From: Eledone cirrhosa
Lineage: Eukaryota
Assembly: GCA_964016885.1 (NCBI GenBank)
Contig: CAXHJY010001128.1
Span: 1-64,000, forward strand
Length of the DNA stretch: 64,000 bases
Direction of reading: 5' to 3'
Part shown: piece after piece, positions 41,725 through 55,380 of the stretch
Layout: each line of letters opens with the position of its first letter
Numbering within the stretch: position 1 is the stretch's first letter
Notes under the pieces: model-generated
The model's input: only the letters and a program-made list of their open reading frames with translations
The model's database searches: none
Told to the model about the DNA's origin: nothing
Made by a program: the position numbers and the translations under genes

Positions 41725-42550
41725 CATCATCATATTACATCTGCTTTCCATGCAGGCATGGATTGGATGGTTGCAGTTCGAGACCAGATGGGATGCAGCA
41801 ATCTGTGTTGCTCATATGTTCCATATTTGGCATTGTTTCTATAACTGGACACCCTTCCTTACACCAACCACTTTACAGTGTGTGCTGAGTTCATTTTATC
41901 ATGGCAACAATGCTAAAGAGGTTGTCATCCAGAGAGTAAGGTCCTCTTAAACCCCATATTGTCTGTTTGATTGCCAACACTGTAGCCTCTGGTGACTCTA
42001 CATTTAATTTTTCTGTCACAGTACTTGTACAGGTTATATTATGGCATATCACCAGTCAGCTTTGTCCAGTGTCATCTCCTTCATGAGGTTCAGTTTCTCA
42101 GGGTAAATCTCCATAACTTTGTCTCATGTCTTCCTAGGTTTCCCTCTTGCGCAGGTTCCATCCATTTCAAGTGCCCAGCACTTTTTTTTTTATACAACTC
42201 TCGCTCTCCTTATGCATCACATGATCATACCAATGCAATCACCTCTCTTGCATTCTACATTCAATTCCTCTTAAGCTCTGCTTTTCTTTCGACTTGTGCT
42301 TTATTGTTCATATACACCAACATTACATATCCAGAGTAGCGTGCATGCTTCATTTCTTTTTAGCCTTTACAGAGCTTCTGCAGCATAGCAGTTTGAACAC
42401 AAGCATCATGTATTCTACCTTTCACTCTGAGAGAGAAGCATTTTGTGGCTAGCAGAGATAACTGCTCCCTGAAATTCTTATAACCTATTCTCACTCGGGC
42501 TATAACACTTTCAGTACATCCACCTCCACCTAGATAGCAAAAGCTTCAAG
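41725..42550 (-). mobile_element. Old degenerate RTE 3' portion with a long 3' UTR
   Basis: Reverse complement retains GGG/CTESVIARVRIG, KFRE, GHVM and GKPRKT-like remnants and the tail motif CCATGCCTGCATGGAAAGCAGATG. Confidence 0.75.
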
Positions 42551-43847
42551 TATCCTTTACTATCATTCTGGGCTGACAAATACCTTGAGTGAATTTGGAA
42601 GAAGGAAATTGTACAATCCACCATATGCATGTATTTGTGTGGGTATCTGTGCCTTTGCTGTGTGTCTTAGTCTTCATTTTATATTTGACATGGCTAGCAG
42701 TGACGTTTGTAAAGAAATGTCTTGCGGCTTTTCACATTGCAAATCGGTACCTTTTGGTTTATTGCGTATTTTGACAATGATCTGCCCACCAGTAAAGATA
42801 CTATAAATATTTGAATTATCAAACCACATTAGAAAAACATTCTTTATAGTACAAAACTTAACTGTACCATATTGCATTAAAAATTAAAGTCTTTGCTCTA
42901 ATACTGCAAATTTTCGCAATATGTAAAGATACTATAAACATTTGGATTAATAAACACTTTTTAAAGATATTTTCTACTAAATTATTACAGGTCGTTAAGA
43001 CTTAAATACTAGATATAGGATTATTATATGTAAACATATTACATATGGCTTCATATGCACATTTACCAAGTTTATTTCAAATAAATAAGCTCTCTACTGA
43101 AGCTAAAATGTCTGTAGAAATACAAAAAAAATGTATATTTTATTTTATTTCTATACGGACGTAAAATGATGATACTAAAACTTATCTCATGATAAATTCA
43201 AGAGAAATGTTTTAGTTATGCTTAAAATGGGGCTACATATCTAGATCCCCCTCTCTCTATATATATACATATTTTTATCTGTGTTTATCCCCCCCCCCCC
43301 CCCCCCCACGCGCACAGAGTTATGTTTGAATTTGCTGTATCAGTGGGTGAAGAAGCCATTTACAAAAGATAAGATTGTATGTTTTCATAGTCAATTAGTT
43401 TCTCTGCTATTTATACATTAAATATTATATATTTGTTTGGTGAATTGATGTTTCTAACCAACAAATCAAGTTAAACTAAACATCATTTTAGGCATTCCAC
43501 TTCTGAAATAAAGAGCCAAATTGTGTTGTTATGACACCATTAGAGGGATGAGAGCAATTTGGGCAGGTAAACAAAATCAAAAGTTTGGTCATATCTTCAA
43601 CCCATCTAGGAGGACAGTAGCGCCAACTAAGTACTGATTTAGTCTGTAATGACCTGTCCAACCCATGCCTAAATGGAAACTTGGACATAAAATGATGATG
43701 ATTATTAGCACACAGCACGAAATATCTTTAGAAATACTAATATTCCAGTTGAATATTTGATATTTTTTCAGACTTGACATTTTTTAATCATGTAAAATGA
43801 GTTAAATTTAATTAGATAACACTTGTGGTTTAATTATACACTTGACT

Positions 43848-44038
43848 AGGATAGTGGATTGGCAGAATTGGTAGCGCGTGGGACAAAATGCTTCACAGTA
43901 TGACCAAGGTCAACTTTGCCTTTCATTCCCCCAGGGTTGATAAAAAAAAGTACCAGTTAAGTACTGGAGTTGATATTATTTGCTTTTCACTTCCCCACAA
44001 TTGTTGGCTTTGTTCCAGTGTTAGAAATCATTATCATA
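43848..44038 (+). mobile_element. tRNA-like SINE, internally deleted
   Basis: TGGCAGAATTGGTAGCG head and GGTCAACTTTGCCTTTCAT core. Confidence 0.75.
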
Positions 44039-45699
44039 CTCTTAATTTCATTAACTCTCTATCTTTATCCATGGTTAGGAATTTAGATAAACCTTTCTGG
44101 GTATACCCTTATTCATTGGTGTACTTACTTTTTGATTGTCAGTTTTTGTTTTTGCGTGATACACGAAGACACCAACCAAGAAACATCTCTTTTATATTAT
44201 GTATAAATTATATACACACACACACACACACACACAAATGATATAATCATTTTGAATAAAAAAAAATTTCAGTGTTGTCATAGCTAACTTTACCACCCTC
44301 TTTTGCAGTGTGACAGACGTTTTACACAATATACAACAACTTTAATGTAATAGATACTTGTAATAAGGGAACTGCAGAGATGATGAAAATATTAGATATA
44401 TATTTTTGTTTTACTCTATGTCCACTCTTGTAACAGTTGTCATTTTTTTAGACTGTTTTTAGGTTGACTATTTCATAGATATTACTTTTGTGGGGCTGAA
44501 ATTCATGCTACAATTCAAAATACCATAAGCAGAAGTTCAAATAGATAATAATCATCGTCCATTTTCCATAGAAGCAAGGGTTGAATGTGTCTTCACAGAT
44601 CAGTCAGTACTGAAGTGGAGCCAGGGTGCCTGGGATATGGTCCTGCACTCTGAGTGCATTTTCTTGTGGTTTTAATACTAGGGAAGTTGTCATGTCTGAC
44701 ACAGCTGAAGAGTCCTCCTGACCCTTTGTTTGGAAGTGTACTTCCTATCACCAACCACTTCATAGTGTACTTGGTGTGTTTGTCTAGATCAATGGAGGTT
44801 GTCATGTCTATAGTACAACTAAAGTTTTCCCACTAAAAATCAATGAATTACAGTAGCAATACCAATGTTTCTATGCATCAAAACAGTTCTTACTAACAAA
44901 ACATAAATAGAACCATATAGAAAAATTCCTTTCTTCACCATTACATCTATATTCAAAATAATTCTGTGATTTGCAAATGTTTTCCCTGAAGAACTAGAGT
45001 TGACTTTTACACGAGATACATAGAGAAATACAAATATTTTTCAGAAAAAGTAGGGGTTCAACTTTCATGTGAGTGTATATGGTACCTTTCCCTAACTAAT
45101 TAGTAAAAAAAATTCTGTATCAGTCAGCTTTTTAGAATATTTGAGACTTAATATCATCAAGCTGAAGACATAGCTAAATGCTTGCAACAGTAAACTCCAC
45201 TAAAGGCACTCAAGACCCATATGAAGGTGTTAAATTGAGCAACATGTTAAGTCCACCACTCAAGTAGACTACATGCAGCAGGATTTGATCTTAGAGTACA
45301 GAGAGCCAGAACAAATATGGCCAATCTACTGCCCTGAATTGGTACTTTATTTCATCACTTTATTTCACTCTGAATTGGTACTTTATTTTTGAACTCAGTG
45401 CAGAAAGCTAGAGCAAATACTGCATGGTATTTTGTTCTGTACACTAACAACTATGCCAATTTGTTGCCTGTTGAAACTGCATTAGTCATAAAGTAATCCT
45501 ATGGTTGCGTGTGTTTGTGCGTTTTTGTTTTGTTCTTCAGTAGCTGATTGGCAGTCTGGCTTCAATATGTTCCATTGTAGTTTAAGTGGTGTTTACACAG
45601 TAGATGAATAATAAGGATGTGTGAGTAGTATTTATTATAGATGCTTCATAACTGTCAGCCAAGCAATTGCAGTCATAGTAGAACAAATACTAATCAACC

Positions 45700-45900
45700 A
45701 AAGGTAGGGAATTGGTAGAGTTATTAGAACATTTGATTAAATGGCTCGGTCTTTGTTTTAGTTCTGTGTTTTGAGTTCAAATCCCATCAAAGTTAACTTT
45801 CTTTTCATCCTTTTGAGGTTGATAAAGTAATAGTAAAATACTGAGGTTGATATAATTGATTTTTTTTTTTCCCCTTCTCATAAATTACTGGCCTTATGGA
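45700..45900 (+). mobile_element. Degenerate tRNA-like SINE
   Basis: GAGTTCAAATCC B-box and TTTCATCCTTTTGAGGTTGATAAA core. Confidence 0.7.
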
Positions 45901-46204
45901 ACTTGTCAAATCAGTCCAAGGAAACAATGTTTCCATTGGTTTTTCCATTTTTGATACTATCTACTGACTGCAACTCCTGTCATATAGAGCAATGTGAAAT
46001 AAGTGTCTTGCTCAAAGACATAAAGCATTGCTCGGTTCGGAAATTGAAATTGCAACCTTATGATTATGAAATCAATTTTCTAACCACTAAGCCATGTGCC
46101 TGAAAACCATTGATTTTTCTGACAGGTATTATGACTGACTGACAGTATCAGCAATGGAATGACCAATGGAAACATAGTTTCTATGGTCGGTAAAAGAATC
46201 ATCT

Positions 46205-46435
46205 TTTTTTTACTTTCGTCCTTCTTCGCCCACTTATTCCTGAGAGTCATGGAGGCAGAGTCCTCAAACACTCCTTCCAGCTGGTCCTTGTCAGAAACAA
46301 CCATCCCCAGTTGATTCAACTGGATCCACAAGTGAGACCAGCCAAACTCAGATGTTTCCAACCATTTTGCTTGTAAGATCTGACCAGTGACCCCCCCCCC
46401 CCCCCTCCTGAGACATTCTAACCACATTTCCTTGT
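46205..46435 (-). mobile_element. Decayed LINE 3' end (RTE-like)
   Basis: Minus-strand remnants resembling the KW...SDKDxW C-terminal region followed by a short simple tail. Confidence 0.4.
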
Positions 46436-48313
46436 CTTTTAATTTTTTATGACAATGGAAACTGGAGTGAATCTTGTGATGATAGGTAGATGGAGCTTGC
46501 TATGGTCAACATATCAGAAAGCAAAGGCTATATGGATGAGTGTTGAAGAAGTATTTATGGCGTGTTGTCAGATTTGCTGAGCTATATTAAATTTTGCTAA
46601 TCTATATCTGGAGAAATTTTATTTTAAGTGGTAGCATTCTTGTGACAATTAATTTTCTTTATACATTAAAAACATTATGCATAACAAAAAAGTACATAAC
46701 CAGAAATCCCACACGTTATAAAATAGGATGGTTCAGGGTTTCAATATGTAAACTAAATGACTAATTCTGGTTTTTAAAAAAAAAAATCAATGGAGACAAT
46801 CTAGAAAAAAATTACTGAATCTTCTCCCTCCCACACACACTATTATTTGGGACCCAAGAGTACTTTTAGCAAAAAAGAGGGTTGTATTATGTGAGTACAC
46901 AATCCCAGAAATTTTTACTGAGCTTAAAAATTCTCATTTCATATGGCAACATTGCAAATACACTGAGTGGGTGCTTCTACACATTATTTAACTACACAAG
47001 AAACTAAATATTCAAGAGAAATATATATGAGATTGAGATTTTAATAGAAAACATGGTACAAGTATTCCGGAGAGTGTATCATACTTAAGGATGAAATATT
47101 TATCTTTTGTTGGCTTAAAAAAAAAAGGGTTGTATTATATACAAATGCAGAACTACAGTAATTAAGAATTTAGAAGAATTTAGTAATAAAACTTTCTCAT
47201 TAATAAGCTGGTATTTGTAACATTTCAACAAAGGTTTTCACATAAAATTGTGGAAGATTTTTAGATATAAACAGTTTAAAAGAGATTCTTTTGTTGATAG
47301 AACTAGATATTTAAGTGATTGTGCTAATATTGTTTCAGTCTACTTTCCAAAAAACATTGACTAACTGTATACCCAGTTCTGTCTCTTTGAAAGTGAGTGA
47401 AATGATTTAAAGAAATGTTATTCCAATACTGGACATAGCATTATCTAATGTCCCTTTAAAAGTAGAATGAAGTGATTTTGAGTCTTGAGCTCAGCTGGTT
47501 CCAGTTAACAGTACCTGCAATGGTTATGTGCCCACCCTGATTTTGAAATGCTAAGGTAGTTTTGAGCTTGTGATGAGAAGAGATCATGATGGAGAATGAG
47601 GTTAGCAACTTTAACTCTGTTGATCAAAATTGCTACAGAAACGCTGAACAGATAACTATCCTGGGAGCAGGCCCGTGGCAAGGTTTTCAAGCATATAGAA
47701 TGGAGATATCTCATGGCCCAGTGCTCCATGGGGGAGAAAAAGGAACTAAAGAAGAGTAGCTAAGATTTTGTGTACGTCATTCAATCCATAGTAACAGTAA
47801 AATGCTAATCTGTATTGATTATAACCAGACACTACTGCTTTGTGAGACAGATAAGATATCTTTGCATTTTCTGTATTTTTTTTAGCCATCAGTTATCAGT
47901 GTCATCATTTGTCAACACTACTTTCTTCTGTAGATAACATTTAGGCTACTATCAACTTGAATATCTTTGCTGTTCCTAAAATGATTTCTAATTTAGGCAC
48001 AAGCCCAGCAAAGTTGATTGTACTTGACTAGCACTTTAGTTCCTGTACTTGACTAGCACTTTAGTTTATTGTCACTGAAATGTTTTTGTTCATATCAGAA
48101 ATTAGCAATCTGTATCAAGTTTTCTGTCAGCCCCCCTCTCGCTCTCTTTCTCTCTCTCTCTCTCTCTCTACTATAATGATCTCCAGAAAGACAGCTGGTG
48201 GGTGAGAGTTGTCCATGTTCTTGTCTCTTCTGTGTTATCCATATTTCTCCCACATATTTTCATTGTAACCACATAGCTTAATTTATATATTATATTTACA
48301 CACACACTGTATG

Positions 48314-48344
<31 letters not shown>

Positions 48345-49435
48345 GTGTGTGTGTGTATTCTGTTTAGAATAGGTACACCATATCCCTGCATGTTGTAAGA
48401 AGCAAATGAAGGGGTTAATGTCAAGAAGGGCACCCCACTGCAAAGCATTACCTTAAAAGTTCCCTCCAACCCGTGCCAGCATGGATTGGCATAAAAAGAA
48501 TGTTGATTATATATACATATATCCACTATATAGCTTTGGTGGTGAAGAAACTAAATATTATTTATTCCATCTATAAAACAATGGGTTATCTACTAGTAGC
48601 AATAATAATTCTTTCTAATTTAAGCATAAGAGCAGCAGTTCTAGAAGAGAGTTAAGTTGAGTATTTGACTGCTAATTTATTTTATCAATCCTGGAAAGAT
48701 GAAAGACAAAGTTGAATGTAGGTGGATGTAAACTCAGTCAGAACAAATAGGGCATAGCATTTTATACTAATTTTCTTATTAGGTTGATATAAAAAGAATT
48801 ATCTACTAATATATATAATATGCTTGTGTAGTTGTCCATCACAAGAGATGACTGAGGAAGTAAAGGGTGATGACCAACTGAGAACGGAAGGGGTGGCAGC
48901 ATCCAATATTCACTACATCTGTTTGTGTCTATATGTATAGCGAATTGGCTACACACATTGGCTGTTATGATTGTGTGTATGTGTTTGTATAAATTATATT
49001 TATATATATTTGTGTGTGTGTTTATTTAGAAAGATACATAGACAATAGAATTACAAACACGTGCAAATCAACACATACATATATATAAACAGACACACTT
49101 AGAAAAAATAATGATTACATACACACACATGTATGTGATGACTGAGGAAGGAGGGGTGTGTGAGACACTATAGAAGTCCAGTGTTCTAAGATTTGTCACA
49201 GCTATGTAGTGATTTGGCTACATACATTGTGTGTTTGTATGTTTTATCACTAGTGTGAGTGAACGCGAAGGAACCAACAAACAAACTATGTATACATATT
49301 ACAATTAGTCGTCATTTTTGACTGAATGGAACCAGCTAGTACATATATAATCCACAATAAGCTTTGTTGGTGAAGAAAATGAATATTATTCTATCTATAA
49401 AACTATGAACTAACAGTAATAGTAATGATTTCTAA

Positions 49436-50913
49436 TAGATATCGTTTTGAATTTTTGAAACTATTTAATTCTAACTTCACTTCTACTGTACCTTTTCTTT
49501 GAGTGCATCCAAAAAGAAACGTTTTGATACCTTATTTGTGAAATTTGGATGAATAATTTAGGAAATATGACAATTTGAATGGTCAGTGAATTGCTCGAAA
49601 TCTTGCCTAATTAGGCCTAAATGAATAATTAGCCATATTTGTGATGTCGTATCTTTGAAACTGAGGTGATAAAATCATTTTCAAATTACACAAATACAAA
49701 TTAATAGTGTCCATGAAAGAGCCTATTCCTTTTCTTAAGTTCTTGAAAATGAAAATTTTTGGGTAATTTTAAAAATATTTATGTAAAGCCTATTTTGTTG
49801 TGTGTAACAAACAGTCGATTTTGTGACACACACACATAAGCTTTTCATGTGTTTTCAGACCTAGCTAAATCCAGAAGTACAAGCCACAGGGATTGAGTTT
49901 TAGCACATTTGTAGTAGGTATAGAACTAAATAAGTCCTGAGATTTTGGGACATGAATAAAATTTTAATGGGCTATTAATAATGGCTATAAACAATTAAAT
50001 TACAGTGATTAAAGGTTGTTGCAAGCTTTTCATGCATTTTCAGATATGGCTATATTGTGATCTGTTAATTGTAGGGGGCTCAGTTTTAATACACTGATAT
50101 GGGCAATAAAACTGAATACTCTATATAAGTTTAGAGCTTTACAATACATTTAATAGGTATCCCTGTAGAAGGGGTGATATGTATGGTTTGACCATGCAAA
50201 AACCCACTTTTTACTTGATGGTTTTCATGTCAAAATTCATTTTTTCTGTGGACAATTATGTATCATGGAAAGTTCTGAATGTGTACTCACATATCATGTC
50301 AGGTTGCGAATTCAATATGGCCATTGCTGAGGCTTAAAAGTTAACCAAAGTGTTACTAACAGTCCTGTTACAAAGTGTTAGTGATAATTACAATAATTGT
50401 TTCTACTTTTGGCACAAGGCCAGCAATTATCCCAGTGCATTACTGGTCCTTTATTTTATCGACCCCGTAAGAATGAAAGGCAAAGTTAACCTCGGCGGGA
50501 TTTGAACTCAGACCGTAAAGGGGTGTAACTCTAACAATTAGTTTGTCCATTTCTTGAAATTCTGGCTCAAACTCGTTATTTGAAGTCTTGGATTCATGTT
50601 CTGTTTCAGCTCTTGCTGCTCAGGAATACACCATTTTGACAAGTAACATCAATATGCATTTTGAACATCCATGGTATTCCCTTTTTTATTGGTTTTGTGT
50701 TTTTGTGCCATCTTGTTGCCAGAATTGGCAATGGCTGTATTAAATTCAATCTTTCTTTCTTGTGTGGTATAAAAATCTTGAAGACAATTCTTTTCCAAGT
50801 TAAAATTAATAATAAAATGTTCACTTTTATATTTCATAATGATTATCTGGCCAACCCCATCGATTTTTTATTTTTTTTATTTTTTTATTTTTTTTTTTTA
50901 AATCTCAAAATAA

Positions 50914-50947
<34 letters not shown>

Positions 50948-51277
50948 CCTTTTCATGACTGCATTATTTTCAACACAAATCCACCACATTGAACTAGAAT
51001 TAATGCTACTATTCAGTAGTCAACAAAAAAAAAAACGGGTCAAATATTGTAAATAGGTGTAAATATGAGGGTGATTGAGGGCATCTGGGATATGTAAGTG
51101 TCAGATTTTGATCAAAAGTATTTGAGGAAAAAGTTCATATCTAGAATTTTCAAATGATATCTAATTGTCCACAGAAAAAATTGTATATTGACATGAAATT
51201 GATCAAGCAAAAAGTGGGTGTTTGCATGGTCAAACTGTGCACGACGCCCCTTCCACAGAACTCTACTGTGATACCTA
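49436..51277. mobile_element. Composite non-autonomous TIR DNA transposon (1.84 kb); inner unit 50152-51279 has ~130-bp inverted arms
   Basis: Ends TAGATATC / GATACCTA; flanks TTTCTAA / TTTCTGA; 50152-50280 is a diverged reverse complement of 51140-51279; an uninterrupted paralogous site exists at ~48520-48785. Confidence 0.7.
50392..50525 (-). mobile_element. tRNA-like SINE (5'-truncated) nested in the TIR element
   Basis: Reverse-complement match to ~37910-38017. Confidence 0.85.
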
Positions 51278-51803
51278 TTTCTGATTTAAGCATAAGGCCA
51301 GCAATTCTGGGAGAGGGATAAGTCAAGTATTTGACTGTTACCTTATTTTATCAATCCTGGAAAAATGAAATGCAAAGTTGAACTCAGATTTAAACACAGT
51401 CAGAACAAATATGGCGTAGCGTTTTATAATAATTTTCTCATTTAGGCACAAGGCTAGCAACTTTTATTTATGCAGGCATGGGCAGGGAGATAAGTTGATT
51501 AAAGCACCCAGTACTTGATTGATACTTTGCCTTTCATCCTTCTAGGGTTGATAAAATAAAGTTGACTTTAGTCGCATTTGAGTTCAAAGTACTGACAGTC
51601 AGAATGAATACCTACCCAACACCCATTTTGTCTAACACTATAATGAAACCTTTCATGGCACTTCCAAGGCTAACATCTGCTTTAGCAGGGGAAACTGGCC
51701 TTAAAGTACTTGCTGCATCAATTCAGTTCAGTTCAAATTATGGAGATTGTTTTTGTTTTATACTCTGACTGTAATAAATTTATTTCGTTTATTTAATCTT
51801 TAA

Positions 51804-52455
51804 CCCTTTTTATATTAAACTGCCTGAACTTGTCCTTGGACCTACAATACAAAATTGTTCATTTTAAAGTGTTTATATTTATCTAAAAATGTTCTATCAT
51901 AATATATGTTCCAAACAGCAGCTTAACAATATAATACCTGAGAATACCAACTCTGGTTTTATGATTCAAAACTTATCATCATCACCATTTGATGTCTATT
52001 TTCACATGGGTTTGATGAGTTACCACCTTCTGAAGCTAGATGAACTGGATAACTGTTTAGCTCATCTGTTCCATTTTTAGCATGGTTTCTACAGCTTGAT
52101 GCCTTTCCTTATACCAACCACTTTACAGCATGCACTGTGAACATTTTATCATGGCAGTATTGGTAGAGGGTTGGATGCCATGCTTTGCAGCATAGTTACG
52201 GCCCTTTATGGTCTGAGTTCAAATCCCGCTGAGGTTAACTTTTACCTTTCAAAAGGACCAGTAATGACAGGTAAATGTGCCAAAAGTAGAAACAATTATT
52301 TCCATCATAATTTTATGGAGTTATGTTTCAAGCACCAGCTTAATAATGCAAAAGTTAGTTATTTTACTAAATCCCTCCACATTCTTGATTATTTAAAAAA
52401 AATGATTTAAAAATGATAGGCAGTGTCTTTCATTAGAAATCTGGTAACAAAAGGG
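51804..52455. mobile_element. piggyBac-type MITE P2 (reverse orientation) interrupted by SINE fragments
   Basis: TTAA|CCCTTTT ... AAAAGGG|TTTA; inserts at ~51975-52155 (RTE-tail SINE, minus) and ~52155-52300 (tRNA-like SINE, plus). Confidence 0.6.
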
Positions 52456-53045
52456 TTTATACTATTTGTGTGATCCTCCAGTAGTAATTCTTCCTCCTCC
52501 ACCCTGACTACATTGATGTTGTCTAATCACATGTTTAACTCTTGTTATTTAGAATGATAAAATAAATACTAGATAGAGTACTGGGATTTAATATAATCAA
52601 CACCAGCCCTTGAAAGTAGCTGCAGTCCAATGACTGAAGCCTGGAAAAGAAAAGTGTCCTGGACTAACGTAGCCAACATGTCTTTCTTTAAGATTGTAGT
52701 GTGTAGTTTGAAGGTGATATTTTGCTGCTATTTCTAACAGGTTGAGGGACCATGTAGTCTCCTTCTTTATGTGAATGGTTGTAATGTATACCATTGTACT
52801 CCATACATATTTGAAACTGAGTGATTTAAGTGAGTGGAGTAAGTATGATAATAAAATACTGTTTTCAAGATATGTCAGAAAGAAACAATAGCTATTTCAC
52901 CAAGGAAGGATGGCCAGTGCCCATGACCCTTTTTATGGGTGTGAAGTATCCTCAAACCAGAAACTTGGCCCAAATGCTTGAAACAAAATGAACTCCACTA
53001 AAAGATGCCAAAATACAGGTGATGTTAAATTGGGCAATAGATTGA

Positions 53046-53285
53046 CCCTTTCGTTATCATATTTCTAATGAAACATGCAGCCTATAATTTTCAAATCATT
53101 TTGTAAACGATCAAGAATTTTGAGGGCATTAGTAATATAACTAACTTTCTTATCTGGTGTCTAGAACATAGATTCTTACAAAGAATTATTATGGAAGATT
53201 TTTTTAGATAAATATATCACTTTGAAATAAACAGATTTGTATCATAGATTCAGGGTCCATTTCAAGTGGTTTCATATCAAAAGGG
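53046..53285. mobile_element. piggyBac-type MITE P2
   Basis: TTGA|CCCTTTCGTTAT ... ATATCAAAAGGG|TTAA. Confidence 0.8.
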
Positions 53286-54129
53286 TTAAGTCTGACATCC
53301 AAAATTATGCTTTTATTTCTTCTTGCAAACAAGACACTCTGTCATGTCTTGCCAGCACCAAGTGACTGATGAATTATCTTATAGATGAGACAAAATAACA
53401 GAAATGTCCTGAACATAATTTTGAACACATGTGAATGCAGCACAGCTGAATGGTTAGTGAGTTCACTTCACAATCATTAGGTTCTAGATTTGACCTCACT
53501 GTATGGCATTTTGGGCAGGTAACATTTATCATAGCCTCATATATATTTGAAAGTGGTTTCATGAACAATTAGATTACTCAGTATGCTGTGAAGAGTAAAA
53601 ATATTTATATCAGATGGATAAGACTTGAGCAAAGGTCTTCTGTCAGTCAAATAGTGCCTCTATTCAAGTGATCCTCATTTGTAGCAGCATGTTATCAATT
53701 TCTGTGTATGTGTACTATTGAAACTAACAAAGGAGCCTATAAACAGTTGTTCATTTTGCTAGAATTAGCAAACAACAAATCACCCTACAGTCTTACAAAG
53801 GAGGGACACATTTGATAAGGATATAGTTGAAATATTATGTCTTGAATGAAAGATGAGATGGTTTTAGCTAGAATAGTTTTGATGTTAGGTTTGCTTGATC
53901 ATAGCTGACCTGGGGCTAAACATCAACAACAACAATGGTAACCCACTTAAAGCCTGTGAAATGATGATTGTATGACATTTCACTCACATCAAACATTAAC
54001 AATGAAGAGATGGACAGCAAAGAGTATTATATATTACTCTAATTAATAACTGCCATTTCCTGTATATAACTAAGGGAATATATAATAGTTGACATAGTTT
54101 CCAGACAGTGTTTCTATATCTAGGATTGG

Positions 54130-54290
54130 TGGTAGTTTGACTACTGTAATGTGTAGGTGATAAGTTTGACTGTTCTGTAGTGTATAGGTAGGAGTTTGAC
54201 TGTTCTGTAGTGTATAGGTGGAATATTATAATGTAATGTACTGTAGTTGTAGTGGTAGTTTGATTGTTCTATAGGTGATAGTTTGACTAA
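54130..54290. repeat. Degenerate ~30-bp minisatellite (GTTTGACTGTTCTGTAGTGTATAGGT...)
   Basis: GTTTGA(C/T)T recurs about 5 times. Confidence 0.8.
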
Positions 54291-54794
54291 GTACTGTATG
54301 GAGAATGGTTAGAAAATGTTTGATTAGTCGATGAGTTGTTACAAGCCATGTGTTATTCAGGTTTAACCTTTTTCTTACTATATTTCCAATGAAAAATATT
54401 TATGATTTTCAAATAGTTTCAAAAATATTTAGGAATATGGAGTGATTTAGAAACTTTCTCAATTTTAAGCTGGTGTTTAGCATGTAACAAAGGTTCTTAC
54501 TTAAAATAATCAACTTAGTATCACAGGTTAGAATCATAAGGTTGTGGGTTTGATTCCTAGATTAGCCTATGAATTGTTTTTCAGCAAGATGCTTCATATT
54601 ATGTTACTTTTCATTAAAACACCCAAGATATTACTCCTTTGAACATCTAATATTCTGACTTCCTTCATCCAGAAAAAGTGGGCCAAAGTAAATTTAATTA
54701 TTCTCATTAAGTACTTGAACCAATTACAGTTTTAGTTTTTCTCCTGAGAAATCACCATCCAATATCTATTTATACTACTTTAGATTATTTTCTT

Positions 54795-55380
54795 TGTAGG
54801 TTCTATTCAAAATAGGAGATATGTTAAATGGAGAGGGTGGATTAGACCTAGTAACCGTTGCTAAGAGTGAGATCTGTTTTGAAGAAATTTTCGGAACTGA
54901 GCGACATGCTAATGAGGAGAGAGGTATTGCTGAAACTGAAGAGAAAGGTGTATGTTGCATGTGGCAAGTGGAATGATTTATGGGAGTGGGACATGGGTGA
55001 TGAATGTGAAACAGGAGAGAAGGTTGGTAAAAACAGAAATGAGAATGGGTTCACAGGATGAGCAGAGTTTCACTTAAAGAGAAGAAAACAGTGAATTGCA
55101 GAGGATGATAGGAATATAGCTAGTGATGGTTGTTGTGAAGAGAAATGGAATGAGATAGTTTGGTCATGTGTTGAGGAAAGATGAAAATGATTGAGAGAAG
55201 TGATGAAAATGAATGTGGAAAGAAGTAGAGGAAGAATTCCAAGAAAGACAATTGGGGAAGTAGAAGGAAATGAAAGCCATGGTCGTAGTGAGAGTGGATG
55301 TACAAGATAGAGTAAAACAGAAGCTTCTCATGGGGCCAAGAACACTAAACCCTGCTTTAGAAGGGAAGAAGGCTTTAAAA
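54795..55380 (+). mobile_element. Old, heavily decayed RTE 3' portion
   Basis: GDMLNGEGG, RVRSxxKKFxEL, LKLKRKVYxAC and FGHVLRK remnants. Confidence 0.7.

Noticed and set aside
47499-47556. Possible short exon (CAG|...AAG|GTAG) reading QYLQWLCAHPDFEML
   Set aside because: Weak splice context, an upstream in-frame stop and no recognisable homology
48851-49170. CTGAGGA motifs as additional hammerhead cores (also CTGAAGA near 45160 and CTGATGA near 53367)
   Set aside because: No stem II hairpin followed by GAAA
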